Shown one piece after another: positions 1-7,381 of a stretch of DNA of 64,000 nucleotides. Within the stretch, counting starts at the first letter, position 1; each line of letters opens with the position of its first letter. The notes under the pieces were generated by a model, which saw nothing but the letters and a program-made list of their open reading frames with translations, was not told the DNA's origin and made no database searches. The stretch comes from a virus, in IMG/VR virus record IMGVR_UViG_3300045988_098585; one strand, 5' to 3'. Both the position numbers and the translations under genes were made by a program.

Positions 1-78
1 AACATAGAAAGTCTTGAACAATTTGGTCAATGGCTTGTAAGTGGTGGGTATAAGGAGAATAGCAACTATAAAAAGTAA
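1..78 (+). CDS. hypothetical protein, 3' end (partial at window edge)
   Basis: Frame 1 is open from base 1 to TAA 76-78 (..NIESLEQFGQWLVSGGYKENSNYKK*). The stop lies in the recurrent TAAAGCGTATG gene junction. Confidence 0.4.
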   Translation, partial: NIESLEQFGQWLVSGGYKENSNYKK

Positions 79-83
79 AGCGT

Positions 84-626
84 ATGTTGTACGAAGCAAA
101 ACAAGGGACAAAGGCTTATGAATACATTAAAAGTATTCTCGATGCTGAATTTGAAGAGTATCAAGCCTACATGAAACGAGTAGAAGAAGCTGTAGGCTTT
201 GAGGTTGAAAAATATCAAGGTTATCAGCCTAACCACACCATAAATAGGATGTATGAGGTTACTGCTATATGGGTTTCTTCCGAGCGATACGAAAAACTTG
301 ATAAGAAGGTATGGAAGAAGGTAGACGGTGCAAAATTGGAAGATGGCTATTATGTAGCTATTGCGCCTAATAAGCGATGTAAGCAAGGTAAGGCAATAGC
401 CGCAGTACTTACATCATATAAGTCCTTAACCCATCATTTCAAGGTATTGAAGGAACTGAATATAGAAGTTCCTAACACCAGACGATTTTCCATCACACAA
501 CTTTTACGCCATAAAGACCGTATTTTCGTTTACTTTGATGGTAGCATCAGAGCTGAAAAGCAAAATCCAGACTTTGTGGAAATCACGATTGGAGAGTATG
601 AGGATTTCATTAATAGCAAAGATTAA
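84..626 (+). CDS. hypothetical protein
   Basis: 180-aa ORF with its ATG inside a TAAAGCGTATG junction. No family recognised. Confidence 0.6.
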   Translation: MLYEAKQGTKAYEYIKSILDAEFEEYQAYMKRVEEAVGFEVEKYQGYQPNHTINRMYEVTAIWVSSERYEKLDKKVWKKVDGAKLEDGYYVAIAPNKRCKQGKAIAAVLTSYKSLTHHFKVLKELNIEVPNTRRFSITQLLRHKDRIFVYFDGSIRAEKQNPDFVEITIGEYEDFINSKD

Positions 627-631
627 AGCGT

Positions 632-790
632 ATGGAAGTATATGAATACAGAATCGTAAAGATTGAGAAAGGCCTTTTTCTCATTGAGTATAAGACCGCT
701 CCTTATGGAGTTTGGCATGAAGTTGAAAACAAGCAGTCCAAAACTAAGCCAAAGGCAGAAGCTTGGGCTAAAAAGAACTTTTTTAATTAA
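632..790 (+). CDS. hypothetical small protein (52 aa)
   Basis: ORF below the track cutoff (MEVYEYRIVKIEKGLFLIEYKTAPYGVWHEV..). Its ATG sits in the same TAAAGCGTATG junction and the ORF fills the gap between neighbours. Confidence 0.4.
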   Translation: MEVYEYRIVKIEKGLFLIEYKTAPYGVWHEVENKQSKTKPKAEAWAKKNFFN

Positions 791-835
791 GTTAAGCGTA
801 TTGCACAGAAAGAATTTAGAAAGCCACCTCGTTAT

Positions 836-1222
836 ATGGTGGGTGATATAGTTTATAGTCACGGATTTATTTGTGTTGTCTGTAGCGTCTATCCGTTCAA
901 TATTGATTATTCTTATGACCTTAAAGTTATTAGCGGTAAGAGTTTGGGTAAGATTTGCCAAGAAGATATTATGCATGTTCATATTTGGGAAGAGTTTCTT
1001 AAAAAGAATGGGTGGCTATGCTATCGCTCTGAAGGAGGAAGTCTTGGCCATATTTGGTATAAACACCAAGAATACCCTTTCATTTTGAAATATAATAATT
1101 TTTTAGGAATATGCGATGTATCTTTCAATGAAGGAAAAGACTATGCTGTTATGATAAAATGTGTAGATGAACTCCAACATATTCTTTTTGGCTTGCAATT
1201 AGATAGCAATTTAAAAATATAA
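836..1222 (+). CDS. hypothetical protein, paralogue of 1675-2148
   Basis: C-terminus ..KNGW..VDELQHILFGLQLDSNLKI parallels ..KNGW..VSDLQHLLFGLGLNSEMEV of 1675-2148. The frame is open back to an ATT at 800 that occupies the ATG position of the junction motif, so the true start is uncertain. Confidence 0.6.
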   Translation: MVGDIVYSHGFICVVCSVYPFNIDYSYDLKVISGKSLGKICQEDIMHVHIWEEFLKKNGWLCYRSEGGSLGHIWYKHQEYPFILKYNNFLGICDVSFNEGKDYAVMIKCVDELQHILFGLQLDSNLKI

Positions 1223-1226
1223 GCGC

Positions 1227-1403
1227 ATGAATGAAAATTTAAAGTGTATGCTACAAGCTTTTGGATTTTGGAGTTTTGCTGCATTCTTTGTAAGCTTGAT
1301 AGCAACTATCGTCATACACCCTGAGAGTATTGTAGGTATATGCCTATCTTTCACTTTCTTAATAATATCAGTAGTTTTGTTTATTATTTCTTATAAACTT
1401 TAA
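1227..1403 (+). CDS. small membrane protein (58 aa)
   Basis: ORF below the track cutoff (MNENLKCMLQAFGFWSFAAFFVSLIATIVIH..LSFTFLIISVVLFIISYKL) with two hydrophobic helices. It packs exactly between neighbours. Confidence 0.45.
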   Translation: MNENLKCMLQAFGFWSFAAFFVSLIATIVIHPESIVGICLSFTFLIISVVLFIISYKL

Positions 1404-1414
1404 AAGTAAAGCGT

Positions 1415-1669
1415 ATGAAAAAGATAATTGTTATACTACTCTCTGTACTGTTATTTACGGCATGTAACAGAGAGCCAATTAAAACTGAGACAAGAGTGTA
1501 TGAGTTGACGTTTATTGATGGCAAAACATTTGTTTACAAGTTCAACAATGTAGACGTTAATGCTGAGGATGGAATAGACCATAGTCGTGGAGGATATTTC
1601 TTTTATATTTTCTCTTATAAAACATATGAGCATGTAGAAGCTGTCATAAGATTTAAAAGAATAAAATAA
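1415..1669 (+). CDS. putative lipoprotein
   Basis: N-terminus MKKIIVILLSVLLFTAC is a signal peptide plus lipobox Cys. Confidence 0.6.
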   Translation: MKKIIVILLSVLLFTACNREPIKTETRVYELTFIDGKTFVYKFNNVDVNAEDGIDHSRGGYFFYIFSYKTYEHVEAVIRFKRIK

Positions 1670-1674
1670 AGGGT

Positions 1675-2148
1675 ATGAATAAAGAGATAAAATACATTCC
1701 AGGAGATTTGGTAATGACAAACGGCATTCCTATCGGAACCAAAAAGGGAAGCGTTTACCAAGTCACAGAAAGTAATCCTGATAAATATAGACCAGTGGAA
1801 GATGGAAATACATTCACTGAACTGAAAGGTTCTGTCACTCTTTCCAACATAAAAGGAAAAACCGCTTATGATGAAGGTTTCCTATTTGGTGACTGTGGTG
1901 CATGGGTTAAGGATATTGTTCCAATACCTCTTACTCCAAAGATTTTAGAGAAGAATGGATGGAAACTTAGTCATGGATTCTACTTGTCTCCAAATGAAGA
2001 AGGTGCAGAAGTAGGCTTGTCAAGCCAAACTGGTTATGTTTGGGAAGCCTACATAAGAAGACATCCGTTTCGTAGTAATATCAACAGTGTTTCTGATTTA
2101 CAGCACTTACTCTTCGGTTTAGGACTTAACTCAGAAATGGAGGTGTAG
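1675..2148 (+). CDS. hypothetical protein, paralogue of 836-1222
   Basis: 157 aa. Shares the C-terminal LQHxLFGLxLxS motif with 836-1222. Confidence 0.6.
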   Translation: MNKEIKYIPGDLVMTNGIPIGTKKGSVYQVTESNPDKYRPVEDGNTFTELKGSVTLSNIKGKTAYDEGFLFGDCGAWVKDIVPIPLTPKILEKNGWKLSHGFYLSPNEEGAEVGLSSQTGYVWEAYIRRHPFRSNINSVSDLQHLLFGLGLNSEMEV

Positions 2149-2150
2149 GT

Positions 2151-2384
2151 ATGGCATTAGAAGTAGTAGTTTTAGATAAGGATGAATATAAGGCACTTAT
2201 TGACAACCAATCTGATGAGGAAGAGTTAGAATACTTAAGAGCTTGTCAATATACTTTAGAAGTATTTAATAAGGTAATAGGTTTATGCCCTAAGTGCAGA
2301 AAATCCGTTATAGTAGATGGATGGGTTTGTCCTTGTTGTGGGTATGATTCAAGTGGTGAGGAATTATATAAATATGGTGATTAA
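2151..2384 (+). CDS. zinc-ribbon protein
   Basis: 77 aa with a four-Cys pattern, CPKC..(13)..CPCC. Confidence 0.6.
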   Translation: MALEVVVLDKDEYKALIDNQSDEEELEYLRACQYTLEVFNKVIGLCPKCRKSVIVDGWVCPCCGYDSSGEELYKYGD

Positions 2385-2413
2385 CCGCCTTTTGAGGCAT
2401 AAATTTTAATGAT

Positions 2414-2743
2414 ATGACAAAAGAAGAATTATACAACGAATTACAGAATGTAGAAGGTTGCTTAAAGATGGCAGATTCACAAATATCAGAGCTTCGCAAA
2501 AAGAAGAATGATATAATGAACGACTTTCTAAGTTTGTTACCTTTTCAGGAAGGCGACAAGGTGAAAGATAAAGATGGCAATATCTTTATCATAGAACGTC
2601 TAAAAGAAGCCATATCTCTTGGCAAGAATGAAATTAAGGTTTATTTTCTTATCCGAAAAATAAAGAAAAATGGAGAACCTTATCAATACGCAAACGAAGC
2701 TTGGGGAATTGATTATTTTTCCCTTGAAAAAGTGGAAGATTAA
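2414..2743 (+). CDS. hypothetical protein
   Basis: 109-aa ORF. Its stop is followed by a conserved TAACTAACC + GNRA stem-loop junction. Confidence 0.55.
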   Translation: MTKEELYNELQNVEGCLKMADSQISELRKKKNDIMNDFLSLLPFQEGDKVKDKDGNIFIIERLKEAISLGKNEIKVYFLIRKIKKNGEPYQYANEAWGIDYFSLEKVED

Positions 2744-2749
2744 CTAACC

Positions 2750-2763
2750 ATCCTGTAAAGGAT
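2750..2763 (+). repeat. post-stop stem-loop junction element (ATCCT-GTAA-AGGAT)
   Basis: 5-bp stem with a GTAA tetraloop, 7 nt after the TAA of 2414-2743. It is embedded in TAACTAACC..ATAAATAAGATAGTAATATG, which is nearly repeated at 2989-3031. Confidence 0.6.
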
Positions 2764-2778
2764 AAATAAGATAGTAAT

Positions 2779-2991
2779 ATGAATATAGAACAATTAGAAC
2801 GTGCTAATCTTTTAGCTAAAAGTTTAATTCCAAAAGCGGAAAGGCTAACAATGCCAGAAACTGCTGGTAAGATAACACTTGGAGAGTGTCTTGATGGTTT
2901 GCTCAAATGCGACAAAGAGTTCTACGCTAAATTCTCGCAACTTGTATCAGAAACAGAACAGAAATTTCGGAAAGAACTTGATGAGCTTTAG
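2779..2991 (+). CDS. hypothetical protein
   Basis: 70-aa ORF flanked on both sides by near-identical stem-loop junctions of about 38 nt. Confidence 0.5.
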   Translation: MNIEQLERANLLAKSLIPKAERLTMPETAGKITLGECLDGLLKCDKEFYAKFSQLVSETEQKFRKELDEL

Positions 2992-2996
2992 TAACT

Positions 2997-3010
2997 ATCC
3001 TGCAAAGGAT
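2997..3010 (+). repeat. post-stop stem-loop junction element (ATCCT-GCAA-AGGAT)
   Basis: Same stem as 2750-2763 with a GCAA tetraloop, followed by ATAAATAGATAGTAATATATG leading into the next start. Confidence 0.6.
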
Positions 3011-3028
3011 ATAAATAGATAGTAATAT

Positions 3029-3226
3029 ATGAGTTTTGAAGTTCCTAAATATCGTTTGCTGGCTTTATTAAAAGCCGAGACAGAACTTAAACTATTAGAG
3101 GATTATGGAGTTGACAACTGGGATTGGTATAAACATGCAATAAATGATACATTTAATGATGGAAAAGATGCCGTTAATAATCTTTCAGATAATGAACTCC
3201 TTAGTGAGTTTAAGGAAATAGAGTAA
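3029..3226 (+). CDS. hypothetical protein
   Basis: 65-aa acidic ORF between two junction stem-loops. Confidence 0.5.
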   Translation: MSFEVPKYRLLALLKAETELKLLEDYGVDNWDWYKHAINDTFNDGKDAVNNLSDNELLSEFKEIE

Positions 3227-3232
3227 CTAACC

Positions 3233-3247
3233 GTCCTCTATGAGGAC
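3233..3247 (+). repeat. post-stop stem-loop junction element (GTCCTC-TAT-GAGGAC)
   Basis: Preceded by the same TAACTAACC as at 2741. 6-bp stem. Confidence 0.55.
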
Positions 3248-3262
3248 ATAAAATAAATTGAT

Positions 3263-3961
3263 ATGAAAAAGTACATTGGAACAAAAGTTGTGGATGCCAC
3301 CCCAGCGTGGCGAGTTGATGGCAAAGTGTATCTCAAAGATGAAGCTGTGCCAAAATCTATGAATCGTGAAGACGGTTACAAGGTAGTCTATGAGGGCGGC
3401 TATGAAAGTTGGTCTCCTAAGGACGTGTTTGAGAAAGCCTATAAGCCTTGTGAAACTTTCTTAGATAGAATGAAACTGGAGTTTGAAAGTGAAGTTGATA
3501 AATTTAAAAAGGGTGATACCTTTATTCGCTCTGAGAAGTTTAACGAGCTTACTCTTGTTGCAAGAGTTCTTCTTTATGCGCAGAACAAGACTCAGAAAAT
3601 GTACTGTGGCTTGTTGGAGAACAGGATTGACGCCGCAGAGAATAATAACCCATTGCTAAAGCTATTTGATTTCGGCACAGCCATCAAGTTCTTGGAGGCA
3701 GGTGGAGCTATCCGCCGTAGTGGTTGGCATGGTAAGGGATTGTTTATCGTGAAGCAGGTTCCTTCCCATATCACAGGTGATATTATTCCAAATATGCAGT
3801 CACTCCCTCAGTCTGCCAAGGACATCTTGATGAGCCGTGAAAATCCTCACATTGACTACACAAATCAGATGCTTATCATCAATCCAGACGGAAGAGCAGA
3901 TTCTTGGGTTCCTTCTTCATCTGATGTATTCGCAGAAGATTGGGAAGTTGTAGTTGAGTAA
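3263..3961 (+). CDS. two-domain protein with C-terminal DUF2829 (Tad2-like) domain
   Basis: The C-terminal half FGTAIKFLEAGGAIRRSGWHGKGLFIV...DVFAEDWEVV fits the DUF2829 pattern. The N-terminal part MKKYIGTKVVDATP..GYESWSPKDVFEKAY looks like a separate common phage domain. Confidence 0.65.
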   Translation: MKKYIGTKVVDATPAWRVDGKVYLKDEAVPKSMNREDGYKVVYEGGYESWSPKDVFEKAYKPCETFLDRMKLEFESEVDKFKKGDTFIRSEKFNELTLVARVLLYAQNKTQKMYCGLLENRIDAAENNNPLLKLFDFGTAIKFLEAGGAIRRSGWHGKGLFIVKQVPSHITGDIIPNMQSLPQSAKDILMSRENPHIDYTNQMLIINPDGRADSWVPSSSDVFAEDWEVVVE

Positions 3962-3968
3962 CAAACCA

Positions 3969-3992
3969 CCCTCTCCTGTAAAAGGGAGAGGG
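3969..3992 (+). repeat. post-stop stem-loop (CCCTCTCC / GGAGAGGG)
   Basis: 8-bp GC-rich stem beginning 8 nt after the TAA of 3263-3961, preceded by TAACAAACC. Confidence 0.55.
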
Positions 3993-4008
3993 TAAAAAAG
4001 AAGAGAAC

Positions 4009-4674
4009 ATGAAGAAAATTATGTTTAACGATAAATACGGTCTTACAGAGGCTGTACTTGAAAGAAGAAAGACTCAAACAAGACGCATTCTGAACCCAAC
4101 GATGCTTTTTGAACGTCTTAATACGTATGAAGGATGGGAAAAGGAAGATATTGCTGATTGGAAGAAATCTTGTAAAGACCGACTTTATAAAGCAGAGGGT
4201 GAAGAACTGAAAGAAATGCTTGATTATGCCTTGGAACATTCACCATATAAGGTTGGAGAAAATGTAGCTATTGCGCAAAGATACATAGACCTTGCAGGCA
4301 ATGATGAGTTCTATCGCCTTTGTGGCATTCATGGGATGCCATTAGAGTGTATTAAATACGAGAAAGGTTGCAAAAACAAAATGTTTGTTAAAGCGGACCT
4401 CATGCCTTATCACATTCATATCACTAATGTGAGAATAGAACGATTGCAGGACATTAGCGAAGAAGACTGCCTTACAGAGGGCATAAACGAAATCTATGAT
4501 ACAAATGTAGATGACCCTAAAGAGTTCTATGGTTACGCATACTTACCCGACGCAAGCCCATGTTTGGCACATTGCTATTGCGAAGCGAAAGAAGCGTATG
4601 CAGCATTAATAGATAAGCTCTCAGGAAAAGGTACATGGGCAAGTAACCCATTCGTGTTTGTTTATGAATTTTAG
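4009..4674 (+). CDS. ASCH/PUA-like domain protein (tentative)
   Basis: The N-terminus MFNDKYGLTEAVLERRKTQTRR resembles the ..GxKTQTRR opening of ASCH-like phage proteins. Confidence 0.5.
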   Translation: MKKIMFNDKYGLTEAVLERRKTQTRRILNPTMLFERLNTYEGWEKEDIADWKKSCKDRLYKAEGEELKEMLDYALEHSPYKVGENVAIAQRYIDLAGNDEFYRLCGIHGMPLECIKYEKGCKNKMFVKADLMPYHIHITNVRIERLQDISEEDCLTEGINEIYDTNVDDPKEFYGYAYLPDASPCLAHCYCEAKEAYAALIDKLSGKGTWASNPFVFVYEF

Positions 4675-4681
4675 ATTTATA

Positions 4682-4813
4682 ATGAGCAAAGAAAAAGCTA
4701 TTGAGTATATTAAAAAAGCTAAAGAGTAACTATCTGACGATTTGCTTTCTGTCAGATTTTGTCAAATAGCTCGAAATAATTTAGATAAGGCGCTTAAAGA
4801 GTTGGAGGACTAA
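4682..4813 (+). pseudogene. small helical ORF interrupted by an in-frame TAA (4727-4729)
   Basis: Reads MSKEKAIEYIKKAKE*LSDDLLSVRFCQIARNNLDKALKELED*. The N-terminus resembles that of the next ORF (MTKEEAKNTIKFLRE). A 7-bp hairpin (4732-4757) starts 3 nt after the internal stop. Confidence 0.25.
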
Positions 4814-4816
4814 GGT

Positions 4817-4936
4817 ATGACAAAAGAAGAAGCAAAAAATACTATAAAATTTTTACGAGAGTTTTTTATGGATTGGTCGAAAGACCATGAAGAAAAAATA
4901 ATTAAACCAAAAAGCAATGAAAAGAGAAAACGTTAA
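4817..4936 (+). CDS. hypothetical small protein (39 aa)
   Basis: MTKEEAKNTIKFLREFFMDWSKDHEEKIIKPKSNEKRKR. Below the track cutoff and overlaps the next start by 20 nt. Confidence 0.3.
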   Translation: MTKEEAKNTIKFLREFFMDWSKDHEEKIIKPKSNEKRKR

Positions 4937-5312
4937 AAAAAATATAGGTATAATTTCTGCCTTTGCAGATGGTAAGACTATTCAAATCTTAAATGAAAGA
5001 GGCGAATGGGTTGACCTAACAGAAAGAGAAGGCTTACCTATTGGAATTTTAGAAGAAGAACCAAACAATTTTCGTATCAAGCCAGAGCCAAAATACCGAC
5101 CATTCAAGGACGCAGAAGAGTGTTGGGCTGAAATGCTGAAACATCAGCCTTTTGGATATACGTATGATAGGTTTAATAATATAAGAGATTGTATCACAAA
5201 GGTGGCTACTACTGGTGTTTCGTACGATTCGCCAACTGTTATATTTTTCGAAGAGATTTTCGATAGATTTGTTTTTGCTGACGGAGTTCCATTTGGTATA
5301 AAAGTAGAATAG
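4917..5312 (+). CDS. hypothetical protein
   Basis: 131-aa ORF. No family recognised. Confidence 0.55.
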   Translation: MKRENVKKNIGIISAFADGKTIQILNERGEWVDLTEREGLPIGILEEEPNNFRIKPEPKYRPFKDAEECWAEMLKHQPFGYTYDRFNNIRDCITKVATTGVSYDSPTVIFFEEIFDRFVFADGVPFGIKVE

Positions 5313-5409
5313 TATGGCGTATTGTTTGTGTGATTTTTGCGATTACAAGGATGTGTAAGTATTATCGAAAGGTAGTTGTTTGTCCTTATTTGAAAGAGGA
5401 GGAATAGTT

Positions 5410-5616
5410 ATGGCATGGGTAGCGGTAGATAAAAATGGTTCAGAATGTATTTTTGAGAAAAAGCCTTTCAGACTTCGTAAGCAATGGATGATACCAATTA
5501 GCTTTAAGAATGAAGAATATTGTGGTTTTTCTGACCTTCCTAAAGGTAGTATTGAAAAACTCATCGGAAAGCAATTAACCTGGGATGATGAGCCAGTAGA
5601 ACTTAAAGAAGAATAG
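5410..5616 (+). CDS. hypothetical protein
   Basis: The track start 5380 is a TTG. Trimmed to ATG 5410 (MAWVAVDKNGSECIFEKKPF..), which is preceded by GAGGAGGAATAGTT. Confidence 0.5.
   Translation: MAWVAVDKNGSECIFEKKPFRLRKQWMIPISFKNEEYCGFSDLPKGSIEKLIGKQLTWDDEPVELKEE
5597..5616 (+). repeat. 20-bp perfect direct repeat, left copy (TAGAACTTAAAGAAGAATAG)
   Basis: Identical 20-mer recurs at 6123-6142. The pair brackets exactly the methyltransferase gene plus its hairpin. Confidence 0.9.
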
Positions 5617-5619
5617 CGT

Positions 5620-6087
5620 ATGAAGAAAAGAATCTTAGATATGTGTTGTGGGTCACGTATGTTTTATTTCGACAAGCAAGACCCAAATGTACTTTTCGCA
5701 GATATAAGAGAAGTTCATGATACTTTGTGTGATGGAAGGAAATTGGATGTGATGCCCGATATAATTGCCGATTGCACTAATTTGCCATTTGAAGATGAAG
5801 CATTTGATATGGTAGTTTTCGACCCTCCTCATCTGTTAAAAGTAGGTCAGAACTCCTGGCTATGCAAGAAATATGGTAAGCTGCCAGAAAATTGGCAAGC
5901 GTTCATCAACGACTCAATCCACGAAGGTATGAGAGTACTAAAAACAAACGGAACGCTAATATTCAAGTGGAACGAACAGCAGATAAAGGTTCGCGACATA
6001 CTCAATGCGATTACTGATTATAAGCCAATATTCGGGCATCGCACTACGTCTAAGAATCAAACTATTTGGATGGCGTTCTTAAAGTAA
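5620..6087 (+). CDS. SAM-dependent methyltransferase, probably DNA N6-A/N4-C
   Basis: 155 aa. Motif I-like ILDMCCGSRMF followed by VVFDPPH (DPPY-type motif IV). Confidence 0.6.
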   Translation: MKKRILDMCCGSRMFYFDKQDPNVLFADIREVHDTLCDGRKLDVMPDIIADCTNLPFEDEAFDMVVFDPPHLLKVGQNSWLCKKYGKLPENWQAFINDSIHEGMRVLKTNGTLIFKWNEQQIKVRDILNAITDYKPIFGHRTTSKNQTIWMAFLK

Positions 6088-6093
6088 TAATAA

Positions 6094-6117
6094 ATGGTTA
6101 TATTCGTATTGAACCAT
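6094..6117 (+). terminator. hairpin after the methyltransferase gene (ATGGTT..AACCAT)
   Basis: 6-bp stem with a 12-nt loop, 7 nt after the stop. No clear T-tract. Confidence 0.35.
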
Positions 6118-6122
6118 AAAAA

Positions 6123-6142
6123 TAGAACTTAAAGAAGAATAG
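6123..6142 (+). repeat. 20-bp perfect direct repeat, right copy
   Basis: Identical to 5597-5616 and immediately precedes ATG 6145. Confidence 0.9.
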
Positions 6143-6144
6143 TT

Positions 6145-6399
6145 ATGGCAACATATAGAATAGTAGATATGTATCGTAAAAGCAAGGCTGTTAAAGGCAT
6201 ACATTACGATTCTCAGGATAATCCAATCCTTGCTTATCGTGTAGATAAGAGACATTCATTGTTATTTGGACTTATCCATTATTGGGATTATGGTGCATAT
6301 AACCTTTGCCCAGAGTATTTGTTTCCTTCGATTGATAAAGCAAAAGAAGCTATATTGAAGGTAGATAAAAGTAAAATAATAACAATTTTATATGAATAG
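6145..6399 (+). CDS. hypothetical protein
   Basis: 84-aa ORF. Confidence 0.5.
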   Translation: MATYRIVDMYRKSKAVKGIHYDSQDNPILAYRVDKRHSLLFGLIHYWDYGAYNLCPEYLFPSIDKAKEAILKVDKSKIITILYE

Positions 6400-6402
6400 C
6401 TT

Positions 6403-6795
6403 ATGAAAACAGAAAACATCAAGTTCAAGGCAAAACGTCTTGACAATGGAGAATGGGTAAAAGGAGACTTGGTACATAGTACAAGTTATGTTGGCATAAG
6501 TTACCCAAGTGATGAATTTTCTGATGTACCAATAGTGCACAGAGTTGACCCTGAAACCGTCTGCCAGTTTACAGGATTGACAGATTGTGAAGGCAATGAG
6601 GTTTGGGAAGGAGACATTATCGGAAATCATGATTTTCCATTTGAAAGGAGAATGGTAACTTGGGCTAATTGTCTATCATGTTTTATCCCAATCGACGAAG
6701 ATGGAGGACAAGATAGACATCTTTCTTTATTGGTCTTGTTTAAAAAATGGACTGTTGTTGGCAACAAATTCGATAGAAAGGAAGGTGAGAAATGA
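6403..6795 (+). CDS. YopX-family protein
   Basis: IKFKAKRLDNGEWVKGDLV...QFTGLTDCEGNEVWEGDII matches the YopX signature. Confidence 0.7.
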   Translation: MKTENIKFKAKRLDNGEWVKGDLVHSTSYVGISYPSDEFSDVPIVHRVDPETVCQFTGLTDCEGNEVWEGDIIGNHDFPFERRMVTWANCLSCFIPIDEDGGQDRHLSLLVLFKKWTVVGNKFDRKEGEK

Positions 6796-7010
6796 AGAAG
6801 TATGAGTATATGGTAACTTCAATAGTTATCAAGAAAGCTGATGAGATAAACAAGGTTCTATCTGATAAATTTAATCAATACGGCTATGATGGTTGGGAAT
6901 TAGTACAATATAACCTAATACCACCATCTGCATTGGTAACAGCATTTACGATACCTTGTTGCGGTTCAATCTATATACTTGCGACATTCAAGAAAAGGTT
7001 AGAGAAATAG
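6792..7010 (+). CDS. hypothetical protein (DUF4177-like?)
   Basis: 72 aa. MKKYEYMV..YGYDGWELV resembles DUF4177. ATGA overlap with the upstream gene. Confidence 0.4.
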   Translation: MKKYEYMVTSIVIKKADEINKVLSDKFNQYGYDGWELVQYNLIPPSALVTAFTIPCCGSIYILATFKKRLEK

Positions 7011-7013
7011 CAT

Positions 7014-7187
7014 ATGAAGAAGATAAGTTCTAATCTCAAATATCTTATAACCAAATACGATTGGTGCTTTTATTTCATTCCAAGTTTAATCGTATGGAAG
7101 CCTTATAGTGGTGTTTATGAAATTAATGTAGCCTTTCTGCTTTGGGAGTTTAATATTAAATATCAATTAAAAAGAAATAAGAAATGA
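7014..7187 (+). CDS. hypothetical small protein (57 aa)
   Basis: MKKISSNLKYLITKYDWCFYFIPSLIVWKPY.. is below the track cutoff. It fills the gap and overlaps the next start by ATGA. Confidence 0.35.
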   Translation: MKKISSNLKYLITKYDWCFYFIPSLIVWKPYSGVYEINVAFLLWEFNIKYQLKRNKK

Positions 7188-7378
7188 AGAAGGAAATATT
7201 TGACTTCTCAGAGGCTTTAAAGCGTATGAGAAAAGGAAAGCTCGTAAAGCGTGAAAATGGGCTTTATCCGTTTGGTATTGACGAGGAAGGAATATTCTAT
7301 CATTATGGGCATCATATATTCAAGGAAGAAAGAATGCTCTCAGAGGATATACTTGCAACAGACTGGGAGGAGGTGTAA
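7184..7378 (+). CDS. DUF2829 (Tad2-like) single-domain protein
   Basis: 64 aa. FDFSEALKRMRKGKLVKRENG....DILATDWEEV shows the same N- and C-terminal signatures as the domain in 3263-3961. Confidence 0.6.
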   Translation: MKKEIFDFSEALKRMRKGKLVKRENGLYPFGIDEEGIFYHYGHHIFKEERMLSEDILATDWEEV

Positions 7379-7381
7379 AAG

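Noticed and set aside
5313-5360. 14-codon mini-ORF (MAYCLCDFCDYKDV) and a promoter-like GATTTTTGCG in the 5313-5409 gap.
   Set aside because: The ORF is too short to support. The TTTG and -7-like elements are only 3 nt apart, which is incompatible with the 19-21-nt spacing of Bacteroidota promoters.
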